Part shown: one piece after another, positions 36,901 through 45,074 of the stretch
Layout of the letters: the number at the start of each line of letters is the position of its first letter
Numbering within the stretch: position 1 is the first letter of the stretch
Source: an uncultured Bacilli bacterium
GTDB lineage: Bacteria; Bacillota_I; Bacilli_A; RFN20; DUOF01
DNA: 51,757 nucleotides
Direction: 5' to 3'
Assembly (NCBI GenBank): GCA_934101685.1
Contig: CAKORZ010000001.1
Span: forward strand, 1 to 51,757
Notes under the pieces: generated by a model
What the model was told of the DNA's origin: nothing
What the model saw: the letters and a program-made list of their open reading frames with translations, nothing else
Databases searched by the model: none
Made by a program: the position numbers and the translations under genes

Positions 36901-37229
36901 GCACTAGTAAATAAATAATTATCACTACTATTAGGATTACCATCTTTATCTCCAGGAACTACAACTAAAGTAAAATTACGTGCGTTTAATAAATAACCTA
37001 TAAACAAGTTTTCAGACATAGGGTCAAAAGTTGATTTAGAATAGACCAAATTTCCTGTAATATTTCTACCAATTCCTAACTTAGAATTAGAGTTTCCACC
37101 ACCATTTTGATTTTCTAAAACACCATTATCTACATCTGTACAGCCAGATGTAACATTTATAGTAAAAATAGCCACTAGAAAAAATGCTACGGCTCTTAAA
37201 ATCTTTTTCTTTCTAAAGAGTTTTAACAT
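33924..37229 (-). CDS. Large (1101 aa) predicted lipoprotein of unknown function with a central Gly/Ala-rich transmembrane hairpin
   Basis: AGGAGG RBS. The signal peptide has a lipobox (FTINVTSGC, Cys30). About 480 aa follow with no recognisable motif. Residues about 514-583 read IGIGIAVAVTGAAVVTGAVIGLTIASVIG...TPVPGARIAAMVLAAIAGLIAIGVGIATLISGL. About 520 more residues follow. Confidence 0.8.
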   Translation of the reverse strand: MLKLFRKKKILRAVAFFLVAIFTINVTSGCTDVDNGVLENQNGGGNSNSKLGIGRNITGNLVYSKSTFDPMSENLFIGYLLNARNFTLVVVPGDKDGNPNSSDNYLFTSAQAGLLQYDDSRGAFINPEYKALTYYTTNEQLLSWFENMKKDDNFLTKASKFTTAKFDLDNGSRFTCDKLVNLGSGLNSSDFCNRILTNSKKITYTSKDGTEYSKLPFADSKTGGMVIFFGAYSVEGYFTYDDIVNYDGSSVANSFDNCYYSVGNVGSFDYPSLAKSYISTLTGDESLGGYGYKESAIKDFIENPNQAKYDVIKQDIVSIHTDVSLQGKVGCDRLKTSYELIERALIADYGKSISALKSEAKNKKNSSNVDESDKYSFIYSTIEMLENFNEYAKQESFNIKFSVGLFDRYNSVTNVSGLKNLVTGRTYDDLQEIDYDTTLKLTKGNDEDKVGDYLLLVTAEGFIFDRGTSDEITTRGAEDMLGFSNVLEQMALMDSCPSQTIAAAMFNALANLKIGIGIAVAVTGAAVVTGAVIGLTIASVIGKLATFTAITPVPGARIAAMVLAAIAGLIAIGVGIATLISGLKDKAYMRGIGASEDNYCKTYKATMKKMLQEIQISIPVYTYNIEREKDNGKNISLNYCSIGDFDNDIGKCVYTDENGKRNEKDSLNIPLYYYANKEEANELNLAGMPIIMYFRDHQLVDFISGATTPEYIVEIVRIWGLLAAREIVYQNKIVTTSNGIKIDTYHTSNTNARTLYINEAKYCITLEYEKNLYNGVANNEFCYFDSSYTNSPKTIRLSLNSYSISKPILSVDFTKEMAEKTIEQIQNSKLSFMTAYRSQVSYKINQFIKDNFNLKDEVKDYTINNVNFENVSSSDELIEINYNDGESAKTMSGHLIKSSQKNTKYYFIEVDSITEKVIKNIYSIDLSVGDDETGEMTYTIKLIAERKKSSLQAATYKTFKDNINDIKNDISEGVKDVNANIEFANVIEFIAGDYKFKVDESIKQEENLYFTTTVKDTPQQKCGNDDEEKYEYDRNNTFLGLGNGRKCLTDDKVRKGNDTPVKSSSTNVYSASIKIGEFIAYVNENGEIVIKATWVQELGGN

Positions 37230-37322
37230 ACTAAATACCTCCTTACAAATAAATATCTAATCATATTTTATCATGATTAAAACTAACTATCAATAAAATA
37301 AGTTTGTGATAGTCCTTAAAAG

Positions 37323-37835
37323 TTAACAATTTTCTAAAAAGTCTTCACCTTTTATAGTCTCCACTTTAGATAAACCTTCATAATTCTTTTGTCTTAATAT
37401 TTCATAAACAACTATAGCTACACAATTAGAAAGATTTAAACTTCTAACACCTTCTATCATAGGTATTCTAAAGCAATGATCTAAATGCTCCTTTAATATG
37501 TCTTTAGGTATACCTGTACTCTCTTTACCAAACATAACAAATATATCTTCTTTTATATCTTTAAAGTTTATTTCACTAGGAGCTACTTTACCATATCTAG
37601 TTATATAGTAAATAGTAGGATTATTATTTTTACTAATAAACTCTTCATAACTATCGTAATAGTTATAATGAACATCCTTAAGATAATCCATACCCGCTCT
37701 TTTTAATCCTTTATCATCTATTTTATAAGTTAAAGGGCCAATTATATGAAGTTTACACCCACTAGCAACGCATGTTCTCATAATATTACCAGTATTTAAA
37801 GGTTTTTCTGGTTCAAAAAGTACTACATTAATCAT
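37323..37835 (-). CDS. trmL: tRNA (cytidine/uridine-2'-O)-methyltransferase TrmL (SpoU/TrmH family)
   Basis: MINVVLFEPEKPLNTGNIMRTC..., FGKESTGIP, and IPM..GVRSLNLSNCVAIVVYE (SPOUT knot motifs). The ATG at 37835 lies 5 nt after AGGTGA. Confidence 0.88.
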   Translation of the reverse strand: MINVVLFEPEKPLNTGNIMRTCVASGCKLHIIGPLTYKIDDKGLKRAGMDYLKDVHYNYYDSYEEFISKNNNPTIYYITRYGKVAPSEINFKDIKEDIFVMFGKESTGIPKDILKEHLDHCFRIPMIEGVRSLNLSNCVAIVVYEILRQKNYEGLSKVETIKGEDFLENC

Positions 37836-37863
37836 TAAAATCACCTTTCTAAGTATAGCACAA

Positions 37864-37886
37864 ATAAAAAAAGTCCATTAGGACTT
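37864..37886 (-). terminator. Rho-independent terminator downstream of glyA
   Basis: Minus-strand hairpin aagtcc-taat-ggactt followed by a T-run. Confidence 0.7.
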
Positions 37887-37890
37887 CTTA

Positions 37891-39102
37891 TTAAAATATT
37901 GATTTATGTAATAACTTATGAACTCTAGACAATAAATCTTCTCTTCTTTGTTTACCACCTAGTGCACATATAATAATTTTTGCCACTTCTTCAAAGTCTT
38001 TATCAGTAAATCCTTTTGTTGTCATAGCAGCACTACCAATTCTAATACCTGAAGTAACATTAGGTTTAGCAGTATCAAAAGCTATCATATTCTTATTGCA
38101 AGCAATTCCAATATCCTCTAATATACTTTCAGCTTCTTTACCAGTAACGCCAAATGAATCCTTTACATTAATTAATAACATATGATTATCACTACCATTA
38201 CTTACAAGTTTAACATCATTTTCTCTAAATACTCTTTCCATTGCTTTAACATTCTTTAAAACATTCTCTTGATAAACTTTAAATTCAGGAGTTAATGCTT
38301 CACAAAAACATTGCGTTTTTGCTGCGATAACATGCATTAAAGGACCACCTTGAATTCCTGGAAATACAGCTTTATCAATTGCATTAGCGTACTCTTCTTT
38401 ACAAAGTATAACTCCACCTCTAGGACCTCTTAAAGTTTTATGAGTAGTACTTGTAATAAAGTCTGCATAACCAACTGGAGATGGATGTAAACCTGCTGCA
38501 ATTAAACCAGCAATATGAGCTATATCACACATTAAGTATGCCTTAACTGAATCAGCAATTTCTTTACATCTAGCAAAATCTATAGTTCTTGTATATGCAC
38601 TAGCACCTACAATTATCATTTTAGGTTTATATTTTTTAGCCTTTTCTTGCATATCTTCATAATCTATTACTTCTTTATCATTTAATCCATAAGAGATTAT
38701 ATTATATTCTTTACCACTAAAACTAACAGGGCTACCATGAGTTAAGTGACCTCCACTATTTAAATCCATAGATAAAACAGTATCTCCTATATCTAACATT
38801 GCTTTATATACAGCCATATTAGCTTGTGATCCACTATGTGGTTGTACATTTGCGTGATATCCTTTAGCATTAAAAACCTCAATTAACTTATTTCTAGCTA
38901 AATCTTCTACTTTATCAACTTCTTTACATCCCCCATAATATCTCTTACCAGGGTATCCCTCAGCATATTTATTAGTAAAAATGCTACCTGTTAATTTCAT
39001 AACTTCTTTTGAAGCAAAATTTTCAGAAGCAATTAATTCTATTGTATTTCTTTGCCTTCTTTTCTCTGCTTTTAGTATTTCTTTAAGTTCCTTATCCATC
39101 AT
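37891..39102 (-). CDS. glyA: Serine hydroxymethyltransferase
   Basis: [30 protein letters not shown], and the PLP-lysine block [14 protein letters not shown]. Confidence 0.97.
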   Translation of the reverse strand: MMDKELKEILKAEKRRQRNTIELIASENFASKEVMKLTGSIFTNKYAEGYPGKRYYGGCKEVDKVEDLARNKLIEVFNAKGYHANVQPHSGSQANMAVYKAMLDIGDTVLSMDLNSGGHLTHGSPVSFSGKEYNIISYGLNDKEVIDYEDMQEKAKKYKPKMIIVGASAYTRTIDFARCKEIADSVKAYLMCDIAHIAGLIAAGLHPSPVGYADFITSTTHKTLRGPRGGVILCKEEYANAIDKAVFPGIQGGPLMHVIAAKTQCFCEALTPEFKVYQENVLKNVKAMERVFRENDVKLVSNGSDNHMLLINVKDSFGVTGKEAESILEDIGIACNKNMIAFDTAKPNVTSGIRIGSAAMTTKGFTDKDFEEVAKIIICALGGKQRREDLLSRVHKLLHKSIF

Positions 39103-39163
39103 AAGTATCACTCCTTATACTTTAATATACATTTTTTTAATCTATTAATAAAGTTTATCGCAT

Positions 39164-39192
39164 AAAAAAAGAAAAGCTTTTTAAACTTTTCT
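39164..39192 (-). terminator. Putative terminator downstream of the P-type ATPase gene
   Basis: Minus-strand hairpin agaaaag-9 nt-cttttct followed by tttttta. The stem is weak and AT-rich. Confidence 0.45.
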
Positions 39193-39197
39193 TCAAA

Positions 39198-41786
39198 TTA
39201 TTTAGTAACTGTATCTCTATCTTTTCTTTCTTTTTCCACTAATACTATTCTAATCTTTTTAAATCTAAGCTTTTCTATTACTGAAGTAGAAATAGTCGCA
39301 GGTAATTTAATAAAGAAATCTAGTAAAGTATTAGTTAAAACAACTAATAATAATACTAATAATACTTGAGGAACATCAAGAGGAACTAATTCTAAGAAAC
39401 TTCTTAATCCTCCTGTAAATATACATAATAAATACATAAAGAACATAGATCCAAATAGTATTTTTCTAAGTGTATTAAATGGTGTACATACTCTATATAA
39501 AACCATTAAGCAAGTAAATGCCGCTACTACAATTGACATCGTAGATATTGCTTCAGCTGATATATTTAAACTATTTCTAAAGCAAAAGATTGTAACACAA
39601 GATATAACTACTACTAACGCTCCAGGTAAAGCATTCTTAAGAACGTTCGCTAAGAAATTACCCTTTATCATGTTATTATTCGATTCAAACGCTAACACAA
39701 ACGCTGGTATACCAACAGCTAAGAAATCTATTACCATTAATTGGTTTAATTGAATTGGAAATGACATTTTTACTCCAAACAAGAAATTAGATAAAATAAT
39801 AATAAATGATAATAAGAATGAGAAAATTGTCTTAGTTAAAAATAACGTTGCAACTTTTTGAATATTATTTATAACTCTTCTACCTTCTTGAACTACTTTA
39901 GGCATTGAAGCAAAGTTAGAATCAAGTAAAACTAAGTGCGATACATTTCTAGCAGCTTCACTACCACTTGCCATAGCAATACTACAATCAGCTTCTTTTA
40001 ATGCTAGTATATCGTTAACTCCATCACCAGTCATTGCAACAGTATTACCTTTACTCTTTAAAGCTTCAACTAGTATCTTCTTTTGATTTGGGCTAACTCT
40101 TCCAAATACTGTATATTGATCTGCTATTTCATATAGTTTATCATCACTAACTCTATCAAGACTTATATACTTTTCTGATTTTTCTATACCTGCCCTTTTT
40201 GCAACCATTGATACAGTAAGAGGATTATCACCAGAAATAACTTTTACATTAACTCCACTATTTTTAAAATATTCAATAGTCTCTATTGCATCAGGTCTTA
40301 TAGTATCTTCAATTAAAATAAGAGCAAGAGGATTAGGTTTTAACTTTGTTATATCATCAATACTTGTAAGAGCTCCTTTATTATGAGCAATTAAAAGCAC
40401 TCTATATCCTTTTCTAGCATATTTGTCAACATTTGATTTAATAGTATCATATTCTTTTTTTAGTATAAATTCAGGCGCACCTAAGAAGAATGTACCATAT
40501 TTTTCTAATGTAACTGCACTAAATTTTCTAGCACTAGAGAAAGGAACAACAAAAGCAGGACTAACTCTCTTTGCTTTTCCAAATTCTTTTTCTAAAGCAA
40601 CTGAAGTCATATTATTATCATTTAAACTACCAAGCATTAAAGCTATTATTTGCTTTATTGTTAAGCCTGACTCATTACTTATTTCTTCAATTCCTTTAAC
40701 AGTCATTGATCCATCAGTAATAGTACCTGTTTTATCAAGACATAATACATTAACTCTTGCTAACATTTCTATACAGTATAATTCTTGAACTAATGTATTA
40801 TTTTTAGCTAATTTAATAACACTAAGAGCTAAAGCTACACTTGTAGTTAAGAATAATCCAGAAGGAATCATCGCTATAATTGAAGCAGCTGTAGATTTAA
40901 CTGTTGCTTTATATACTTCAGAATTAGTCAAATGTTCACCAGCTACATTAACCATTTCTTTATAATAGTCTTTTTGAATTATAAATAAGCAAATAACCAT
41001 TGGAACCACTAAACATAAAACTACTCTAATAATCATATTTAAAGATTTTAATATTTTAGAAGCAGGCTTTTTATATACTTTTGCTTGCTTAGATAACTTT
41101 TCAATATAGCTATCTTCACCAATTTTTTCAACCTTTGCTTTACATGAACCAGAAACAACAAAACTTCCAGAAAACAAAGATGAGCCAACTTTTTTGATCA
41201 AAGCATCTGATTCACCAGTAAGTAAAGATTCATTAACCTCTACTCCACCTTCTTTTAATATACAGTCTGCGCACACTTGCTTACCTGCACTTAAAACTAA
41301 TAAATCATCTAATACTATTTCATTAACAGGAATTTCAAGTTGTCTACCATTTCTAATGACAACTGCTGTAGGAGCCGACAATAAAGACAATTTATCAATT
41401 GTTTTCTTAGCTCTAATTTCTTGCACAATACCAACAATAATATTTGCACTAACAATAACCATAAAGAACAAATCTTTAACAGCACCAACTGTAATTAACC
41501 ATGCAGCAACCGAAAAAGTTATAAGGTTGAATATAGTTAATACATTAGATAATATAATTTGTAATATTGTTTTTGTACTACCTCTACCTGTATTATTAAC
41601 AAGTCCTTCTTCTATTCTAGTTTGAACTTGTTCATCTGACAAACCTCTTTTTAAATCAGTACGAAAACGAGTAGCGCCAATAGTTGATATTTCTTGTGTT
41701 TCACCACTCATTCTCTTTATTTGAGAAGTCTTTTTAGCATTTTCATCAACCTGGTTTTCAGTAATTTCATTTTCATTTTTTGCCAT
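39198..41786 (-). CDS. Cation-translocating P-type ATPase (P2-like, Ca2+/Mg2+-type; ion not assignable)
   Basis: TGESD actuator motif, DKTGTIT phosphorylation site, MTGDGVNDILALKEAD hinge, and about 10 TM segments. The ATG at 41786 (MAKNENE...) follows GTGGTGA. Confidence 0.9.
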   Translation of the reverse strand: MAKNENEITENQVDENAKKTSQIKRMSGETQEISTIGATRFRTDLKRGLSDEQVQTRIEEGLVNNTGRGSTKTILQIILSNVLTIFNLITFSVAAWLITVGAVKDLFFMVIVSANIIVGIVQEIRAKKTIDKLSLLSAPTAVVIRNGRQLEIPVNEIVLDDLLVLSAGKQVCADCILKEGGVEVNESLLTGESDALIKKVGSSLFSGSFVVSGSCKAKVEKIGEDSYIEKLSKQAKVYKKPASKILKSLNMIIRVVLCLVVPMVICLFIIQKDYYKEMVNVAGEHLTNSEVYKATVKSTAASIIAMIPSGLFLTTSVALALSVIKLAKNNTLVQELYCIEMLARVNVLCLDKTGTITDGSMTVKGIEEISNESGLTIKQIIALMLGSLNDNNMTSVALEKEFGKAKRVSPAFVVPFSSARKFSAVTLEKYGTFFLGAPEFILKKEYDTIKSNVDKYARKGYRVLLIAHNKGALTSIDDITKLKPNPLALILIEDTIRPDAIETIEYFKNSGVNVKVISGDNPLTVSMVAKRAGIEKSEKYISLDRVSDDKLYEIADQYTVFGRVSPNQKKILVEALKSKGNTVAMTGDGVNDILALKEADCSIAMASGSEAARNVSHLVLLDSNFASMPKVVQEGRRVINNIQKVATLFLTKTIFSFLLSFIIILSNFLFGVKMSFPIQLNQLMVIDFLAVGIPAFVLAFESNNNMIKGNFLANVLKNALPGALVVVISCVTIFCFRNSLNISAEAISTMSIVVAAFTCLMVLYRVCTPFNTLRKILFGSMFFMYLLCIFTGGLRSFLELVPLDVPQVLLVLLLVVLTNTLLDFFIKLPATISTSVIEKLRFKKIRIVLVEKERKDRDTVTK

Positions 41787-41909
41787 TACAAAATCACCAC
41801 TTTTCCTTTTAAATTCTAACATTTACATAACTTTAATTCAACAAAACAATATTAAATAAGTATTTTTTTAATAAACCAGCAAAAAATAAACTAGATGGTG
41901 ATATATAAT

Positions 41910-42677
41910 ATGAAAAACATTCTAAAAAAGTTATTTCCTTTCTTTATATTTATTTCATTAATTACATCTTCACTAGTGTATTTTTTTACTATAAAGAATA
42001 ACAATGATAATGATAATGAAGTAATTAATATAGTAAACACTCAAGACAAAACAGCCTATTTAACCTTTGATGATGGTCCTTCTTCAAATACAGAAAAAAT
42101 ACTAGAAATATTAGACAAATATAATATAAAAGCTACTTTTTTTGTAGTAGGTCCTAGCTATAAATTAAAAGATGATTTATTATTAAAAATCGTAAAATCA
42201 GGACATGAATTAGCTATACACTCCTATGAGCACAATTATAGTTATATATACTCCTCTAAAGAAAACTATATAAAAGATTTTGAAAAATGTTTAAACTGGA
42301 TAAAAAGAGTAACAGGAAAAACTCCAACACTATATAGATTCCCTGGAGGTTCATCTAATACAATTGCCTCAAAATCACTAACAAAATCAATTATAAATGA
42401 ACTCAACAATAAAGGGTATACACATGCCGATTGGAATGTAGATACCCTAGATTCATATGTAAAAAATGATCCAGATAAAGTTTTAAGTAATGCCCTTACT
42501 TCTGTAAAAAGAAATGAAAATAATAAGCACTATTTTCAAACTGTTTTAATGCATGATGATATACATAAGCCTGCTACAATTGAAGCATTATCCAAACTAA
42601 TAGAAAAACTAATTTCTAAAGGATATCATTTTGAAGCATTAAAAGAAACTTCACATATCATTAAACATGTAAAATAA
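41910..42677 (+). CDS. Polysaccharide deacetylase (NodB homology domain), membrane-anchored
   Basis: N-terminal TM helix, then AYLTFDDGPSSNT, ATFFVVG, and HELAIHSYEH (NodB motifs). The ATG at 41910 follows GGTGA. Confidence 0.85.
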   Translation: MKNILKKLFPFFIFISLITSSLVYFFTIKNNNDNDNEVINIVNTQDKTAYLTFDDGPSSNTEKILEILDKYNIKATFFVVGPSYKLKDDLLLKIVKSGHELAIHSYEHNYSYIYSSKENYIKDFEKCLNWIKRVTGKTPTLYRFPGGSSNTIASKSLTKSIINELNNKGYTHADWNVDTLDSYVKNDPDKVLSNALTSVKRNENNKHYFQTVLMHDDIHKPATIEALSKLIEKLISKGYHFEALKETSHIIKHVK

Positions 42678-42679
42678 AA

Positions 42680-42696
42680 GACATACAATGTATGTC
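42680..42696. terminator. Short bidirectional hairpin between the convergent deacetylase gene and rpsO
   Basis: gacatac-aat-gtatgtc lies directly between the two stop codons, A-rich on one side and T-rich on the other. The stem is only 7 bp. Confidence 0.5.
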
Positions 42697-42697
42697 C

Positions 42698-42967
42698 TTA
42701 TTTTCTTATATTTAATGAATCAATTAAAGATAAATATTCTTGAGCATCTTTAGCTTTAATATAGTCTAATAAACTTCTACGTTTACTAACCATTGCTAAT
42801 AATCCTCTACGAGAATGCTTATCATTGTTATTAGCTTTTAAATGTTCTGTTAAAGCATTGATTCTTTCAGTTAAAATAGCAACTTGAACAGCTGGATTAC
42901 CAGTATCTTTTTCATTAGCGCCATACTTTTTAACTAATTGAGCAGTTTTTTCCTTTGTTATTGTCAT
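42698..42967 (-). CDS. rpsO: 30S ribosomal protein S15
   Basis: [56 protein letters not shown]. Confidence 0.97.
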   Translation of the reverse strand: MTITKEKTAQLVKKYGANEKDTGNPAVQVAILTERINALTEHLKANNNDKHSRRGLLAMVSKRRSLLDYIKAKDAQEYLSLIDSLNIRK

Positions 42968-43049
42968 TATTTTTTCCTCCTTCTTTTTTCATATCTATAT
43001 CCAAGCAATAAATCGGAGATTTTTAAAACCTAGAAATAGACGCACATAT

Positions 43050-43078
43050 AATATAAACTAAACAACAATATTTTTCAA
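43050..43078 (-). promoter_or_regulatory. Putative sigma-A promoter of rpsO (TTGAAA-17 nt-TATATT)
   Basis: Read on the minus strand: -35 at 43078..43073 and -10 at 43055..43050. It leaves a leader of about 75 nt. Confidence 0.45.
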
Positions 43079-43087
43079 GAATAATTT

Positions 43088-43660
43088 CTATTTATTTAAT
43101 CTAGTAATAGCAAACCCATCACCTATATCTAAAAATTCAGTTTTATACCCTTTTAAATCAATTAAATATTTTTTATAAATGCTCATTTTTTCAACAAGTC
43201 TTTTACTTTTTTTACTATCAGTTAGTTTTTGTAAATCCTTTAATTCCAAATTATCAGAAATAATAACTCCTGAATCACTTAATAAAGGAGAAAACTTTTC
43301 AAAAAACTTAATATATTGAGCTTTTGCTGCATCTATAAAAATAAGATCATATTTGTCAGTTAGTTCAACATTAAAAATATCATCAAATATTATATTTATT
43401 TGTTTTTGCATCCATGCTTCATTAATATTTTTAACTGCTTCACTATACATTTTTTCATTTCTTTCAATCGTAGTAACCTTTACATTTTCATTAACACTAG
43501 CCATACAAATTGCACTATATCCAATCGCACTACCTAACTCTAAAATGTTGTATAGTTTTTCTTTAACTATTATATTTTTTAAATATTCAATATTAGCTTT
43601 TCTAGCTATTGGCACATAATTTTCTTTAGCATATATTTCCATTTTTTCTAGCAATTCCAT
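43088..43660 (-). CDS. Class I SAM-dependent O-methyltransferase, family 3 (YrrM/TrmR-like)
   Basis: ILELGSAIGYSAICMA (SAM motif I), VTTIERNE, and YDLIFIDAAKAQY. AAGGTGG RBS. Confidence 0.8.
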   Translation of the reverse strand: MELLEKMEIYAKENYVPIARKANIEYLKNIIVKEKLYNILELGSAIGYSAICMASVNENVKVTTIERNEKMYSEAVKNINEAWMQKQINIIFDDIFNVELTDKYDLIFIDAAKAQYIKFFEKFSPLLSDSGVIISDNLELKDLQKLTDSKKSKRLVEKMSIYKKYLIDLKGYKTEFLDIGDGFAITRLNK

Positions 43661-43737
43661 TACTAACCACCTTTTTTATTATATCATTATTCTTTAATAA
43701 ATTAAGCATATAAGTTATAATTTAAATAGGTGATTTT

Positions 43738-44433
43738 ATGAATCGAGAAGAAAGAAAAAATTTAATATTAAAATCTTTGCTAGAATTAGATCCTAATAAA
43801 GAATACTTTTATAATAAGATGAAATATCATTTAAATAATAAAGATCCGGATTTAATTTATAACGCACCTGTAAACCCAAATTACTTACAACCAATAGATG
43901 CTAATCATTCTATAATTTTAGAAGATAATGTTTATGATGCCTTACAAACAATTGATCAATACAATATTGATAATAAAAAAGAAGTTCCTTTTATTTTATA
44001 TGGCTATGAAACAAAAGGCGGAGCAATAGTTTTTGATGATATATATTGTGACTTTAGAAAATTAAAAGAATCAAGCGCAACATTTCAAAATTTAGATGAA
44101 TTTTTATATTTAAGAATGCAAGTGTTTTTAGAAGATAATATGAAAAATAAAGTGATTTGTCTAGGGCATACTCACCCATTCACTGGAAAAGTATCTTATA
44201 ACTACTCTGTTGCTGACTTATGTTGCCACTTATACTATTTAAGTTATAATGTTTTCAGCGATCCTACATATAATAACAAAGTTTTTTCCTTAATGAAATC
44301 AATATCTAATGATTACAATTTTATATATTATGATTTAAATTCCCAAACATTTAAAAAAGTATCAAAAGTTTATGTAAGAAAGAAAAAGAAGGAATTTATC
44401 CTTCTTGACAGTTATAAAAATTGCGATGATTAA
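43738..44433 (+). CDS. Hypothetical protein with a divergent JAB/MPN (JAMM)-like metal-site pattern
   Basis: 231-aa ORF with an AGGTGA RBS. GYE91...GH144TH146PFTGKVSYNYS157VAD160 gives E...HxH-x10-SxxD, against the canonical HxH-x7-SxxD. The function is unverified. Confidence 0.5.
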   Translation: MNREERKNLILKSLLELDPNKEYFYNKMKYHLNNKDPDLIYNAPVNPNYLQPIDANHSIILEDNVYDALQTIDQYNIDNKKEVPFILYGYETKGGAIVFDDIYCDFRKLKESSATFQNLDEFLYLRMQVFLEDNMKNKVICLGHTHPFTGKVSYNYSVADLCCHLYYLSYNVFSDPTYNNKVFSLMKSISNDYNFIYYDLNSQTFKKVSKVYVRKKKKEFILLDSYKNCDD

Positions 44434-44434
44434 A

Positions 44435-45013
44435 TTATAATTTTTCTGCTAATTTATTTAATGCTTCAACCTTTGCACTAACTCTATTTAATTCTTCTGG
44501 AGTATATGATGATAAGTATGAACCATTTTCTGTGATAAATACTGAATCATATCCATCTCCATTTTTTTCTTTTACCTTTTTTGCTAAATATCCATATAAA
44601 TATCCCTCTGCAACCTTAGCATTTCCATCCTTACCAATTGCTACAAAAACAGATTTATAATATATTTCTCTATCCTTAACACCTACAAACAAGTTAACTA
44701 ATGCTTCACTTCTATCTCTTTGTGTACCTGGCCACCATGTATCAGACTCTACGCCAAGTATATTAGGAGCATAATTTGAAAATAATCCATAAGAATCTGT
44801 AATAACATAATCATAGTTATCTTTTTCCTTTTTCCATACTAATTGAGCAAGCTTTTTAGCATTTTGTCCAATATCTTTACTATTAATTGGAGATATAACT
44901 TCATACTCTAAGTCAAATAAAGAATCAACTGTAGTAACATCAATATGTTTCTTTAAAACTTCTTTTAATTGTTTAACTCTTTTTTCACTACTAGTAACAT
45001 ACAATAATTTCAT
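44435..45013 (-). CDS. Ham1/RdgB (ITPase) family-like protein with substituted signature residues
   Basis: Collinear with RdgB: MKLLYVTSSEKRVKQLKEVL against vlATgN.GKv.El, VITDSYGLF against aDDSGL, GDGYDSVF against GFGYDPiF, and RVSAKVEALNKL against iSHRg.Al.kl. GAGGTGA RBS. Confidence 0.6.
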   Translation of the reverse strand: MKLLYVTSSEKRVKQLKEVLKKHIDVTTVDSLFDLEYEVISPINSKDIGQNAKKLAQLVWKKEKDNYDYVITDSYGLFSNYAPNILGVESDTWWPGTQRDRSEALVNLFVGVKDREIYYKSVFVAIGKDGNAKVAEGYLYGYLAKKVKEKNGDGYDSVFITENGSYLSSYTPEELNRVSAKVEALNKLAEKL

Positions 45014-45074
45014 TATAGATCACCTCAGACACCTTGATTTTATCATACAAATTTTTATTTTCCTATAAAATAAC

